DNA of 51,606 nucleotides, the filler included, from Dirinaria sp. TL-2023a (taxonomy: Eukaryota): assembly GCA_051941275.1 (NCBI GenBank). It is 3 parts of 3 records of this genome, joined end to end, with 100 filler letters (N's around TTAATTAATTAA, not from the genome) between each part and the next. Parts side by side here need not be neighbours in the genome. Positions count along the whole stretch, not along the records: positions 34,482 to 51,606 come from JAVEBF010000452.1; 2 more parts are not named here. One strand, written 5' to 3'. Each line of letters opens with the position of its first letter. The stretch's first letter is position 1. A program made the translations under genes and the position numbers. Shown piece by piece: positions 36,366-48,816 of the stretch. Below the pieces are notes generated by a model. It ran no database searches and was not told where the DNA came from. It saw only the letters and a list, made by a program, of their open reading frames with translations.

Positions 36366-37538
36366 AGTGGTACGGATTAAGGTACGGAGGTACAACCGGT
36401 GTTCAGTTTTCCTGTGCAGTTCAGAAACAGGAAAGATCTTTTACACTCGCTTCAATAATAACAATACTATGATAATCTAGTGGAAGGGTAATAATGTCCC
36501 GGAGCGCCCGCGACAGGGGTCCGTGCTAATTGGGCTAAAGCCGTTACCGGGATAAGATATCAAATGCAGTTAGGTATGCAGTGATGCCATGTCGAGAGTG
36601 ACGGTGTGTGTGGTTTCAAGCGCGAGCGCCTTACAGCGTGGCTCGGACAGCTTTGACATGCATAGCGCAGATGCCAGGTGGACGGACCGCCCTGCTTCTG
36701 ACTCCATACGGTATTTCACACTTCATGCCAGAATTATGTGATTGTGGGATCAATGCCAGTCATCACTTACTCTTACAGTACAGGCTCCCTTACAGTCTGA
36801 AGGAGTGAAGGCTTTGTAATCCGGGCCCCCGGGGTATTTGACTCCTGAGTCCTGATACCCGGATTTTAGCATTCCTTTTTCCCGACCTGTACTGTGTGTT
36901 ACCGTGATCGCTCTCGTCTGTACCTTAAGGTCGTCCCCCGAAACTTGCTTCGACGGTATTATGTATGACCCAACCGAGCTGGCCTTGGTTTATTTTTTTT
37001 TTTGATTCTTTCCTGGACGTTGCCGGGATTTGTAGACCGGCCACGAGTCTCGAGCAGCTTTCCGTAGATGGAGCAATCGTTCTAGGAAACAATTGAACGC
37101 TTTATCTACCGTCTACTTTAACCATACATAAACATACGTGCCACGTCAGGAGTTCCCCGCGATAGTATCGTTCAGCATGTCCTGCCAGCCTCTCATGTTA
37201 CAGCGATACTCCCATCAGCGACAGAGCGGCGATTATTGCGGCGTCGTTATTCGATTTTCATTGTTTCTGTAATCTGTCTACTTGTATGATAGTGTTCATG
37301 CAATCACTATAAGAAGCATGGGCAATCGATGTCTTGCGATTTTATCGAAGCTAAGTACGTGTACAAGCCGAGGACCAAATGGTGGCAGACTTTGTAGCGG
37401 TCCGAGATGACCAGTGTGATTCGCATGCCGCAACCGAAACAAATCTTAAACACTAAAATATATGTAGAGCTTGAATACCACCCGAAGCAGAGTAAACCTT
37501 GGTGGCGCTGAAGATGTATAGATTGCCGGTACTCAATT

Positions 37539-38316
37539 CTAAGCTGATAATCCACTGTTTCTGCGAAAGGAGACTTTCTCGACGGCGACATTCTCGACGC
37601 CGTTCTGGTCTGTTTTTAATTGATACACATAGAGGACTAATACATCACCCTGGACCTACCCAATCGCGTTAGCAAGATCTTTCCACTGTGGCAATGAAGT
37701 ACTTGCATCCATCAAGCAGAAGCTCGGCGTGGGCTCTTCTGTGTCAGGCCACCAGCCTGTGCTCAACGCGCCAGTCGCACTTCCTGGATTGACGAAGAAT
37801 TTACCCTCAAGTTCGTAAGCCTCAAATCTGTGTGTACCTCCCCATAGTAACACATCCACATCCATATGTCTTGCAGCGATCAGTAGACTATCTGGATCTC
37901 CTGGTGGGATGAGGGTGTGGCCGTGAGTAAACCCAATGCGTAGCGATCCATGAGTGACTACTTTGGACAGAGCCAGGTTTGGAGCTTCCACGTCAAACTC
38001 GCCCTTGACAATTTGCAAATCTGGCGCTATCTGGCGCAGGAAGTCGTAGGTTTCTTTGTCAGTAAGATTCCCCAAGCACAAGATTTGGCCAATTTTGCCC
38101 GGCGCTAACAATTTTTTGAGCTGCAGTAAGGCGGCTTAGCAGTCAGCGTTGGCGGCGTAGATATTGAGAACTATACCTTTGCTGGTATATCCTATACGTT
38201 ATGGTGAGCATGTAAAGAGCCTTCAGGTAATGATTGGCCGGCAAGATGAGAGACCATACCGGCGCGCGATCAGGAATGAAGAGGTCACCAACGACCAGCA
38301 CAAGTCTTGATGCCAT
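37539..38316 (-). CDS. VPS29: Retromer subunit Vps29, 4 exons (38316-38260, 38191-38177, 38120-37707, 37655-37539), 200 aa
   Basis: MASRLVLVVGDLFIPDRAP|DIPAK|LKKLLAPGKIGQILCLGNL..FFVNPGSATGA..PSFCLMD|VQGDVLVLYVYQL. Includes a 15-nt microexon and a GC-AG last intron. Confidence 0.97.
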
Positions 38317-39046
38317 CGCCACTTGCAATGTTACCGCTCATTGAGCTTTCTTGCTGGATTGTACTGTAGTAAAGGACCTTGAAGGGAGACCAATGCTTTA
38401 CGACGTAGCCTGTTAAGGTGGTGCACTTTGACAAAGGTTGCTCGGTTTTAATAATCAAAGCATAGCGCACTTTCGAGGAATAGCGTAGACCTCATGAATT
38501 GGACCGTGAAATGATTGGAACACAGGCATCATGATAGCTTCATGACTGTGTCTGGCTGGTGGTAACACTCCATAAACATCTGTGTCTGGTCAGTGGTAAT
38601 ACCATTATCCGCATCCTGCATCCAAGCCGACAAGGAACAAAGAAGGGCCGGCCAGCACTGACGAACGAAACCTAAACGGCAAATGTACGTATGAGCACAT
38701 GTAGGTTGGCAGGATTCATGAGCTATAACAGAATCTGCATTGAATGCTGGATACCTTGTCATTTGATTTTAGAAATTTTTGAAGCCTTCTCACCAAGAGC
38801 TCCCCGGATCTATTCGCTGACAGCATCCTGGCAACATTCTGGAGTAGACACTACCGTATCTTTAGCCGGCCTTGCCAACCCCTCACGGTCCTAAATCTGG
38901 CGAACTCGCGTGCAAGATTGAGCCTCATCTCGAGGCACCTCGAGCAAAGGCCAGTCCTCGAGATAAATACTCCTTTCTCCGCCGAGAGGTTATCAGGCTA
39001 CCAAGACGATCTAGAATACACGCCACCCATCAGAGAACCACCGAAG

Positions 39047-40329
39047 ATGGACAGCGAGAAAGATAGGAGTCTATCCAAACAGCCCGACCACCCCGCGCTC
39101 TTGATTCCGGGACCCGTGGAATTCGATGATGCAGTACTCGAGGCCATGGGCCATTACAGGTGCGGTATAAGACGGCACAGATTCAGCATTCATTGACTCG
39201 TGACTCAGCCAGAGCCATGTGGGCGCACCTTTTGTTGCGACTTTTGCGGAAGTTCTCACGATGCTGCGCAAGCTGATGCAGACCTCTAACCCTGCGTCAC
39301 AGCCGTTCGTGATCTCCGGCAGCGGCACACTCGGCTGGGACATGGTAGCCGCAAATCTGGCGGAACGTGGTGATGAGGTGCTCGTCCTTCACACGGGCTA
39401 CTTCGCGGATTCCTTTGCAGACTGCTTCAAGACATATGGTGTCTTGGCAACCCAACTCAAGGCCCCAATTGGCGAACGGCCTCAATTACCAGAGATCGAG
39501 ACGGCGTTGAAGGAAAAGGACTATAAGATTATCACGGTCACACATGTAGATACCTCTACAGGAGTTCTGAGCGAGATTGAGACCCTCGCGGAGCTCGTTC
39601 ATCGAATCAGTCCTGATACTTTGATCGTCGTAGATGGAGTATGCAGTGTCGGGTGTGAAGATCTGCAATTTGACAAATGGGGCATCGACGTGGTGTTGAC
39701 GGCGAGTCAAAAAGCAATTGGGTGCCCTGCTGGTCTATGCATCTCAATGTATTCAGGGCGCGCAATAGAAAGCCTCAACAGTCGCAAATCGCCACCAGCA
39801 TCGTACTTTGCTTCTCTTAAAAATTGGCTACCGAGTAGGCTTTCAATGGTCTTTACAGTGGGAAATGGAGAGCTGACGCCAAGCAGTAATGCAGAACTAC
39901 GAAGCCAAAAAGCCATCATACTTCGCAACGCCTTCACCCCAACTCATTCACGCGCTTCATACGGCATTGTCTCAAATACTCTCAAGCCCCTTGTCGGAGC
40001 GGTTTGCCGCTCATCGTGATACCTCGCACCGTATCAAATCGGCCGTCACGTCTATGGGCCTCAAGCAACTGGCGACCAAGCCCGAGAACCAAGCCAACGG
40101 AATGACGGCTATGTACCTCCCAAACGATTTAAAGGCTTCCGAAGTGCTGCCGAATATCCTTAAGAGAGGCGTCATATTCGCTGGCGGATTGCACAAAGAC
40201 ATTGCAACTAAGTATATAAGATTCGGCCATATGGGCGTGAGCATCCTCGACCCCAACAGACAGGACATCGATAAGGCTCTTGAAGCGCTGAGATTAGGGC
40301 TAGCGGAGGTTGGTTATAAATCCGCATAG
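39047..40329 (+). CDS. AGX1: Alanine-glyoxylate aminotransferase (class V PLP enzyme), 3 exons (39047-39159, 39209-39834, 39887-40329), 393 aa from first ATG
   Basis: LLIPGP, ISGSGTLGWD, THVDTSTGV, VVDGVCS, LTASQKAIG (PLP Lys), YFATP and YIRFGHMG. Confidence 0.95.
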
Positions 40330-40706
40330 GGCTCCAGCATGAGTTGTGGTGGCGGACCGCGTAGCGTTCTACCAGCTCTCTATATCCTAGCATGTAGCAT
40401 AAAAGTTTCATTCCCGCCCCTACTCGATCACTGGGGCTCTGGCGGTGATATGGACCAAGTTACAAGTAAGATAAGCGTCTCAACCCAAAGTATCCCTACT
40501 AGCCTAAAAGTTCAACTGGGTAATTGGATTTTCAATTGTAACACTACCACCCCAAAAAGATGCATGAAGCCGATCCAGTCTCCAATTGCGTTGCCTCCCT
40601 TATTGGCCTTTCATAGTCTCGTTGCGAGAAGGCCATTTTCTTGGTACCTTTGTTGCAATAGCAAGTTCTTTGCTCGAATCTCGACGGCAGCACATACGGT
40701 TCCAAA

Positions 40707-41618
40707 TCAAGACAACGCTACCATAATGCCAGCGAAACCTCCGAGCACTGCCGCAACCCACATGAGTCTGACCCAACCAGTGACCGGCTCCACACGTTCG
40801 CCATTGCCACTAGTTTGCATAACGATTTCACCCAGCTTAGCACGGCATGCTGTTGGCGTACCCCAGGTCCTATCGATGATCGGTATGTTCTGAGGTCTCT
40901 TACTCGCAATGCCAGGCCTGCAGCTGGAGTTTGGCGGAGCGCATGTGGGTGCCACGGCCACCGACAGAAGGTTCCTAGGCGGAGTGGAGACTAGCGGTAT
41001 CAGAACCGCCGCTTCCTGACTGGTTTGACTTGTAGGTGGAAAAGTTGGTGTCATCTTCATCTTCGCCCCTACGATCATTGAATAGTCCAAAACCATCGCC
41101 AGCGTCTTGTATTCATATTCGAGGCACATTGATCGGGCACACCGGAAGTCGATCGGACAACAGGCCCCATCTAGAGACAAGGGGCAGTTAAAAGTATTGA
41201 ACGGGCACATCGCCGCAAGAGAAGAGTGTTGGCAAGAGAACGGACCTGGACAGCACAAAACGTGTGCAGGCCAGCCGGGCACCCTATCACACTTCGTTTT
41301 GGGGGGACAGCAGATTTCCTACAAATTTCCCTCTGTAAGTCTTTGATAATACATATACATCACTAAATCTAAGACCATTACCGGATGACCTTGGCTAGTA
41401 CAGTCCAGTTGCTCTGGGCCGCAACGTGGAATTTCCGAGCTAGCTAACAGCATTTGGACGTCTTCTTCCTCGCGGGACCGCCCCCCACGTACTACTTCGT
41501 TTGAATACTGCTTTTTGTTCCCAATGGTGAAGAGGTCCGTGGTGTTCTGCCATCCGCTGCTCATACCTAGCGCAGCAAGCATGCAAACGAGCGAGACGAA
41601 ATGGAATGTGTGAGCCAT
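40707..41618 (-). CDS. Secreted Cys-rich, putatively GPI- or membrane-anchored protein, 2 exons (41618-41382, 41318-40707), ~282 aa
   Basis: Signal-like MAHTFHFVSLVCMLAALGMSSG. Repeated C..C..CC..C modules (CGPEQLDC..ICCP..C..LCCP..C; CPFNTFNC..GACCP..C). Hydrophobic C-terminus LMWVAAVLGGFAGIMVALS. Confidence 0.7.
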
Positions 41619-42745
41619 AACGCCGCCAGCGGCGGTAGCATGTGGGCTGAGAATCTGCAATGGGAGCGTGATTGACAACTTGGTACAAAGAAGGGGATTT
41701 GTCAATTGACGCTGCAACGCTTTGCAGAGGCGCCAGGAGGACGATAAAAATTATGGCCAAGAGCAGCATTATACAAGGATAGTGTTAGGAGGTGATATGA
41801 ATAGAGAACGTGCCATAATAGAGAGTACCTTGTGATACTTTAAGGCACTCTGAATAACCAATGCGGAGGGAACGGGGGAAGAGTAGGTGTTCGTTCCGTG
41901 CAAGAGATGATCGCTACTTCCTTAGCAACGAGTGGCTAGCACTTACGAAAGAAGTGTTTCCCACATCGATGCCTGAGGGACATCACCACAAGCAGCATCT
42001 TATAAGTCTCATCATGTTGGGGAAATAGATCTTCCTGGGATCTGTAGCGTAAGTAGGAGTAGTAGTACTTAGACAGGCAATTCTTACAGTCCTTACAACA
42101 GCAATGTATGTACGGAATACTTGTTGGAAACTTCGTCTTAAATACACTACCTTATCCAGGCAACTGGCAATAATGTCTGCTTCTCTCTACAGTAAGGTAG
42201 GTATGAGAAGGAGTATGCCATAAGTCCTGGCTAGCGCGGTCATGGGGTTAACTGAAAGTCGCCCGGGGGATAACCCAACATTCTCACCAACTTGCCACCT
42301 AGGGTGCAGCTGGGCTCTCCAAAGCTTACCTGTGGTCACCTAAGGTAGACAGTGAGTCTTGGCGTACATGATGCTGGCCAGGACTAGCACAGCCAACCGC
42401 GGATTTTCTACTGAATTTACGTAATCCCATAATATCAAGTTCGAGCGTGAAAGGTGAAACACGTTAACGAATCTAGCCTCTTGAAGATAGAGGATTGAGT
42501 TAATAATAGAACATACCCATGTGGGACTGGATAAGGCATTATTAGGCAAGGCTGTTGCCGGTTTCCTCTTTCTATAAATGAACTATAGACAACACTGACA
42601 GACCTGATTACTGGGTCTTGACATTATTCTAATATTAGCTGGTCAAGTATTTAAAGGCTCAAGGACACATACACCCAGTGCTTCATGTATGCAAAGGTAC
42701 AGTTGATACTGTAAGTCGATCTTTCACTTCACCTGTGCTAGAACA

Positions 42746-43781
42746 ATGTCCAAACGTTCCGTTTTCACAACTGTAACTCGTGAGTCCGCCCCACCTATCG
42801 TCTCAATGCGAGCTGGTCTAAGGCATTGCCAGCTCTTGAACCCGGCATAACCCGCGAGACGGTACTGCAGACGCTCCATGATCATGTGGCAATGATCGAC
42901 CTAAATCGTGAGGCAATTGCAGCGTACTTGCGTGAAGAAAGCTGATGGTCCCAGCCTTGGTCATCGATCGTCACCCCGTGAAACCTCCAGCAACGGCGTC
43001 GCCTGAAGAGTACCACTGCCAGTGGTACCAGTTGACTGATAGGGTCCAATACCTCCCCAGCGGCCTTGCTCAGGGCAAGGTCACATATAATGTCTGCTTC
43101 CACGACCTGGTGATGGGTCTGCAAACCCATTGCTTCGCCCCGGCAGGGCTTGACATCAAAGGAAAATGGACCGTCGGCGGTTCCCTGCCTGGGGAACCCA
43201 AAGAACCGTCCGAATTGGGATTAGGGTTGCCAAAGCATGGGCTCTGGCTAAGAGAAGACGTGGATATGAGATGCAATGTCCTAATGACCAGTTTCGTTAA
43301 AAAGACGTTGAAGAAAGCCCACAGCACTCTAGTGGCACGCTTGGTTCAGAAAGCTCATCTCATGGAAGCTGAATCACTGAATGATAGCCTCTCGCAGCTT
43401 GGGGACCGTCGCAATTCCTACGCAACGTATAACACACCCGGCGCCCCGCCAGCCCAGCAAACCCAACCCTACTCGGACGTCTCCAGCTTAAGGAGCTCCG
43501 ATCTATCTCAAAGCCCCCAATGCCAGCAGGACGGTTTCACGCCAATGACAAGTCCTTTCCAAAGCGTAGATCCAGCATACCGGGATGCCCAAGATTCTTA
43601 TCTGGCGCATCGGAAAATTTTCACCAATCACCTGGCTGGCTCGCACAAACCCTCTCAAACAATGCTTCATCCATCTAATGCGATCAAGTTACCTCAAGAC
43701 GAAATGCTAGTCGAACTTCCGACTGCAGCTTCACCACAACATCATGAACTACCTGCTCGCTTATTCGATAATTATGAATAG
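42746..43781 (+). CDS. Conserved fungal hypothetical protein (resembles DUF7053 family), 3 exons (42746-42779, 42833-42907, 42955-43781), 311 aa
   Basis: MSKRSVFTTVT|PLEPGITRETVLQTLHDHVAMIDLN|PLV..GLQTHCFAPAGL..LWLREDVDMRCN..FVKKTLKKAH. Two GTGAG..CAG introns in consistent phase. The family name is from memory. Confidence 0.8.
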
Positions 43782-45432
43782 CTCTGGATATGCCGCGTTC
43801 ACCGAACAAAATGCCATTCATTGTCCAGGCTATGAACTCGTAAGCACTGCATGCGCAAAGGCACAGACTAGCTCATGAGGATGACTCTGATTGGGCTACC
43901 CACAAACCTCAGACCGGGCTATATCTAACACTCCAACTGTAGGGATTCTTTCCGCTCGCGAAGACGAGGATATGTGGCATGTATCCTCCAACTGGCTTCG
44001 CAGCCGGACTGATTCATGTCGAAAGATGAAGTTGGCCGAAAGGAAGCTGTAACGAAACACTACTACTGATACCGTGTTAAAACACGTCAAGCATACCTGA
44101 GAACCTAACTCCTCGCGATATGCGAAAGCCAGGTTTATGAAGACCGCGGTAGGCTCCAGGCTGAAGGATATGCAGCCCCGGTGCAAAATTGGTCAAGCTT
44201 GGTTATTGATTGAGCAAGAGCCAAGAAGCGTCCATATTTTCTGGATCCCGTTGCGGTTCTCCAGTAATTTGGCGACCTTTTGATAGGTTAATGGATATGA
44301 GCCGCGCTATCCTCCCTTGAAGTAGTGTGGACAAGCATCGTGAGGTAGTTGATACTTGAGTGTGTTTTACTCAATCCCGTCGCAGCAATTCAGAAATCCG
44401 AGCTCGTTCTCAAATTCTACACACCAACTACAGTATTGGTTTAGATAACACAGCGATACAAATCCTCCCCCTTTCCCTCCTTTTCTTTCGCATTAATTTG
44501 AAGGTGGATTTATGAACCTTGCAAGTTCGCGCGTTGTACTAAAATTTTATCCTAGTGGATGTATTCTAGCATTATCAACACTTTCAGTCCATCTACGATG
44601 AGATGTATTTATGCGTCGGGCTCTTGATTGACCTGAGTAGTAATGGTGTTGAGGTTTCTACTCTGCATCTTATCTGTCCAACTCCAGCGACGCTAAAGCT
44701 GTGCTGACCGCGATGGATTACTACAAATGACAATGACAAATGTGCTACAGTTGTAGAGATGACAGTTCAGATATTATTGAACTCGCAGCAGTCAAGCAGT
44801 TATCGCGCGAGGATACATATTGGATAGCGTGCTTGATCAATGACAAAGAGGCTACTTTTTCGAGATTTCTATTTCTAGCAACACAATGCTGAAACAGACT
44901 TGCACGTCGTGGCACAATCGCTTGTGTTTCTTGTTCCGAGCACAGGTTCACCGAGTCTCGCCCAAACAAGCTTTTATCTTTCCCGACAGAAACTTCGCCT
45001 TTACGTTCGTTCAGGTGGTGACTACGGAAATCAAGACCCCCGCGTCTTTAACGTTCTCGTTTCAGGCGCCTAAGCGATTAGCACGAAGTGCCGGTATAAG
45101 CTCGCCAATTATAGATAAATAGTTGAGCGCCGTACTTCCGAGACCGCGGATGTGATTACGTGGGATGTTGAGGAGTAGCAAAGTAGTAGTGGTGGAGCTC
45201 ACAAGACGCAAGCTACGTTTTGAGCATCAACAGAGGAGTGGAGGTCAACTACTGTCTTTCCCAATCAACGCCGTTCCCCTTCTTGGTGAGTGTCCCCGTT
45301 TACTATTATTGTGTACAAGAAGTACGACCAATTGATCACCCTCGGTGACTCTTTTCATTGACTGAGACGCTGTAACCATGTTTGATTTTGAGCATTTACA
45401 TATCCAATGCCGCAGGTTTAGAGCCCCAGCCG

Positions 45433-45525
45433 TCTACTCGTGCGGCCCAGAAGTACAGTATGTGGAATATAAGCGACTAACACAAATAGGTTCAATTCCA
45501 CATCCTTCTGGGCCGCACGAGTAGA
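45433..45525. other. Perfect 21-bp inverted repeat with inner 9-bp stem
   Basis: TCTACTCGTGCGGCCCAGAAG (45433-45453) pairs with CTTCTGGGCCGCACGAGTAGA (45505-45525). ATGTGGAAT (45460-45468) pairs with ATTCCACAT (45495-45503). Confidence 0.9.
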
Positions 45526-45718
45526 TACAGTTTCTGCCGAGTCCTCGTGGCAACACCTTCGTCGGCAATCGCTTGCGCGTTGTGCCTCAAAAAGCGCAGT
45601 GCATCCAGATGACTCCTCAAGTGCAAGACTGCTGTACCTTTTGTTGACCTCAGTATATAATTTTTCGAATTTCGACGCCGAGCTCGAACATAGACAGCCA
45701 GTCCCTTCGATTTACGAT

Positions 45719-47147
45719 ATGCCGTGGGTTAATTTAGGAAGGCTGGGCCATTCGCTGGTTTCGTTTCCTGCACCCATTGTTCCACTCGCTCCCGACTTCA
45801 TAAACTGTGATGCACGATATGGGCAGTTTCTCAAGACGAAGGATTGCAGACTTGCGACTATCGCTATGCCTAGGTCAAGAGAGGGTGAGGAAGTCGATTG
45901 GGCTGTAAACCACATGGGTCGGGATCATCACTTTAATTTACCGCTGACATTCAGACATGGTTGGTTTGAGCGACTCGGAAAGTCCTATGCAGCGCCATTA
46001 GACTTATGGATTCATAGGGGAATGTGCCGTCACCATTGAAGCACAGGGTCCGAATACATACTACGAAATTGGTCATATCAACCCTCCTTTTACCATCAAG
46101 GCTTCGCCTTTTCAACTCCGAGGGTTAGCTGCCTACGTGATCAAGTCATGCGTGAATCGACCAAGTAGCGCAGGCGAGGATGCTAGCATCGGTGGTTTTG
46201 CCACGGACAGGATGTCAAACTTGGCTGAGTACCTCTTGGATGAGAATATTGACCTTTCGGCGCCTTTACGTACGAGATCAAATTCCTGTCATTACAAAGA
46301 ATTAGATTCGCTGATCTTGAGTGCACACAGCGCCGTCAACGACATTTATTACTGTGACAGTAGGCAATGTAGAGGGGAAGAACCGCTCACCTGGGAACTT
46401 CGATCCTTCTATTGCAGTCCTTGTTGCCGAGTATCTTGCGAACCGCGCCCGCGGCCAGCCCAGTAATGTTAGGGGCAGACTGAACGGGATCATCCATGAT
46501 TTTACCCTCCGTACTCAGAAGATGTACGCCGGTGGCAAGACGACGCCTTTCTGGAGTAGAGTCGCTACGAGTGAGGAACAAATGTCATACCAGTGCGATC
46601 CTGCGCTAGGGGCTCCTGCTAAAGTTGATTGCGCTCACGTGGAATTTAACGAGCTGGGTGCCAACGATGATACGTTCTCTATAGGCCCGGGCATTTCAAA
46701 GGTCCTCTCATCCAGTAAGTGGCTAGACGGGATTCTAAGACGATCACATATCGACTTTGAAAACGATGGATGTGTTGACCAACTTGGTTTAGATACTTGC
46801 CACCTCACAATCAGCGCCGCAATTACCACAGTGCTCTACTGGCGTCAAGTCCGCGTTGCTCTCGACACACTGCTCAATGTCTGCCTTGCAGTTCCATTTG
46901 GACGACCCGCGGGAGGTAGAGCTTTTGTTGGGGCTCGACATGGGGTCAGTGGAGGGATATGGGGCAGGGACACCAGCAACGTGTCAATCGATGCTTGGAC
47001 GAATGGAACCATTACTGGTATGTATACCCTACATTTCACCATTGTGAGCCTACGATGATGGAACGATCGAAGCTAACCGCTTCAGGTTTGGATGCCCTTC
47101 CTCCTGGCGCCAATATAACTCTCTCTACGCAGCCATTAAGCGGTTGA
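45719..47147 (+). CDS. Hypothetical protein with two tandem Cys-patterned (Ecp2/KP4-like?) domains, at least 5 exons (45719-45959, 46018-46269, 46331-46714, 46793-47017, 47086-47147); 5' end uncertain
   Basis: Four frame-consistent GT-AG introns. Domain 1 reads INCDARYG..DC..ECAVTI..VIKSC..GGFA and domain 2 reads YQCDPALG..DC..TCHLTI..LLNVC..GGRA. The frame stays open upstream to about 45473. Confidence 0.75.
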
Positions 47148-48038
47148 ACCGCAATTGCGCAAGACAGCGTAGTATAGATTGGCTTAGATCTGTCTCTAAG
47201 CTTAACTTCATGCATGGCTCAAACAGTACATCAATGGCTAGAAAGGCAATTGTACCGGGAGGTCATAAAGCATTACCTGTGCAAGCCTCACTCCTCGGTT
47301 TTAAAAAAAAAATTCTCCAAGGCTTTGGCAACTGGCTAACACAAGGCCCAGTAGGGATTGCTACACTGATGAAAGCTGAAGCAGGAAGCAAGCTTACTCA
47401 GAAGCTTTCAGACCAGTGATTCCGGAAGATTTTGAGGTGTCTGAAGCATATATTCACGAGATGCGTTTCGAGAAGCGCTGCCTCCAATGCAACTCCCCAG
47501 GCTCAAATAAGCAAGCGTACAGAAGAGGAATACTATTGAGGACAGACGAATTGCTAATAGGTTCGCTAAGAGCGAGCAGTGTAGTACTTGAGCAAAACAC
47601 TTGACTTGTAAGGAATTTTGATGTTGTCTGGTCCACGCCGTGGTGGGTTGTCGGTTCAGAGGCCTGCTAAAGAAGCCCGCGATTCATGGTACATGATATT
47701 GTGATGGATCAGGTCACCGGGGAAGGCGCCATTGTCAAAAAGATAAGCCATATTATTCCAGCCGTGTCGATACCGCAGCAATAGTAAAATGGATCGTCAA
47801 CAGAAGCTCAGATGAATCGTGATGCAATAATAGTACTGTAAGCAGACCGAGGAACTAGCGCCCATCGAAGCATAGATGGACGCTACACACATGTACCTTA
47901 GTCAAGACCCTACAGCATTTTAGCCTTTTAGGGGAGCGAGTTCTGGGCTGGTGATAACTGAAGGTCGTTTGTGGGCCCGAGGACGACGGCAAGGAACCCT
48001 GGGAATGATTCCAAGGTGCTAAACTAAGATTACTTTCA

Positions 48039-48142
48039 GTACCTTATTTGGGTAAGGTGGGTAAGGTAGGTAAGGTAGGTGAGTAAGGTAGCCTGGGTAC
48101 CTTACTACCTTAGTCTGGGCAGTAGGTACAGTAAAGTAAGGT
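48039..48142. promoter_or_regulatory. AGGTA/TACCT motif cluster upstream of the SUN gene
   Basis: GTACCTTA..GGTAAGGTGGGTAAGGTAGGTAAGGTAGGTGAGTAAGGTAG..GGTACCTTACTACCTTAG..AGGTAC..GTAAGGT. Confidence 0.4.
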
Positions 48143-48816
48143 CCATGTATATGATTGTATGTACTTTAAGATTGCACTCAAGCTCGCTCAAGCTCGCTCA
48201 AGCCTGTGCTTTTTAGCGTCTCACTGGGAAATGATTAGATTGGATGTAGACGTACCAGAGCAATTTCCCTGGTGTGTGATGTCGCTACTGGCCGTGTGGC
48301 CCTGTTGCTTGCCGAGATGAACCAGATGAACCCCATGAAACCCCCTGGCTGCAGCTGTGCAGATGTCCATCATTCGGCGCGAAAAGGTTGTTTAGCGGAT
48401 TTAGTGCCTTTCATGGCCCCGCTAACGGTCTTTAGCTTCATTGTCTGTCGCATCGCGGCATCGATCAGGTCGCGGGCCAAAAGCGAAGCGCAGAGGCCTT
48501 TGACCTCGCAAGTCGTTTCATACTCCTTCTTTTCTTTCCCCCACCCCATTCTTTGTCTCGTTGTCGCTCCTTATTACTCCTGCTGCTGTCGCGGCATCAC
48601 GTTCTTTCCGTTTCTTACCGCAGTCACTCCTTTCACACGCCCCTCGCTTTCAATCGTCTCGCAGAGTCGAAGTAGTACTGCGCAACTGGGCATTGAGCAA
48701 GAGCACGGATATCAGATTCGAATCGCTGTCAAAATCCCTCCTTGAGGAGCCAACTTCAGCTACCGCCGCGAAAGGCTTCGGCAGAATCTGGGCGTCAACA
48801 GATCGCAAATCATTCA

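Noticed and set aside
36235..36480. Poly-Lys and poly-Phe ORFs (also 25338-25520)
   Set aside because: Translations of poly(A) tracts; no retroelement body or target-site duplication recognised.
34516..37500. Short ORFs between gap 2 and VPS29
   Set aside because: No motifs, codon bias or exon chain; treated as non-coding.
43896..44290. Protein-like fragments between the conserved hypothetical gene and the effector-like gene
   Set aside because: Multiple stops and no recognisable motif or consistent splice pattern.
46715..46792. In-frame stop-free 78-nt segment read through in the ORF track
   Set aside because: It has GTAAGT..TTGAC..TAG signals, and its removal restores the domain pattern, so it is treated as an ordinary intron.
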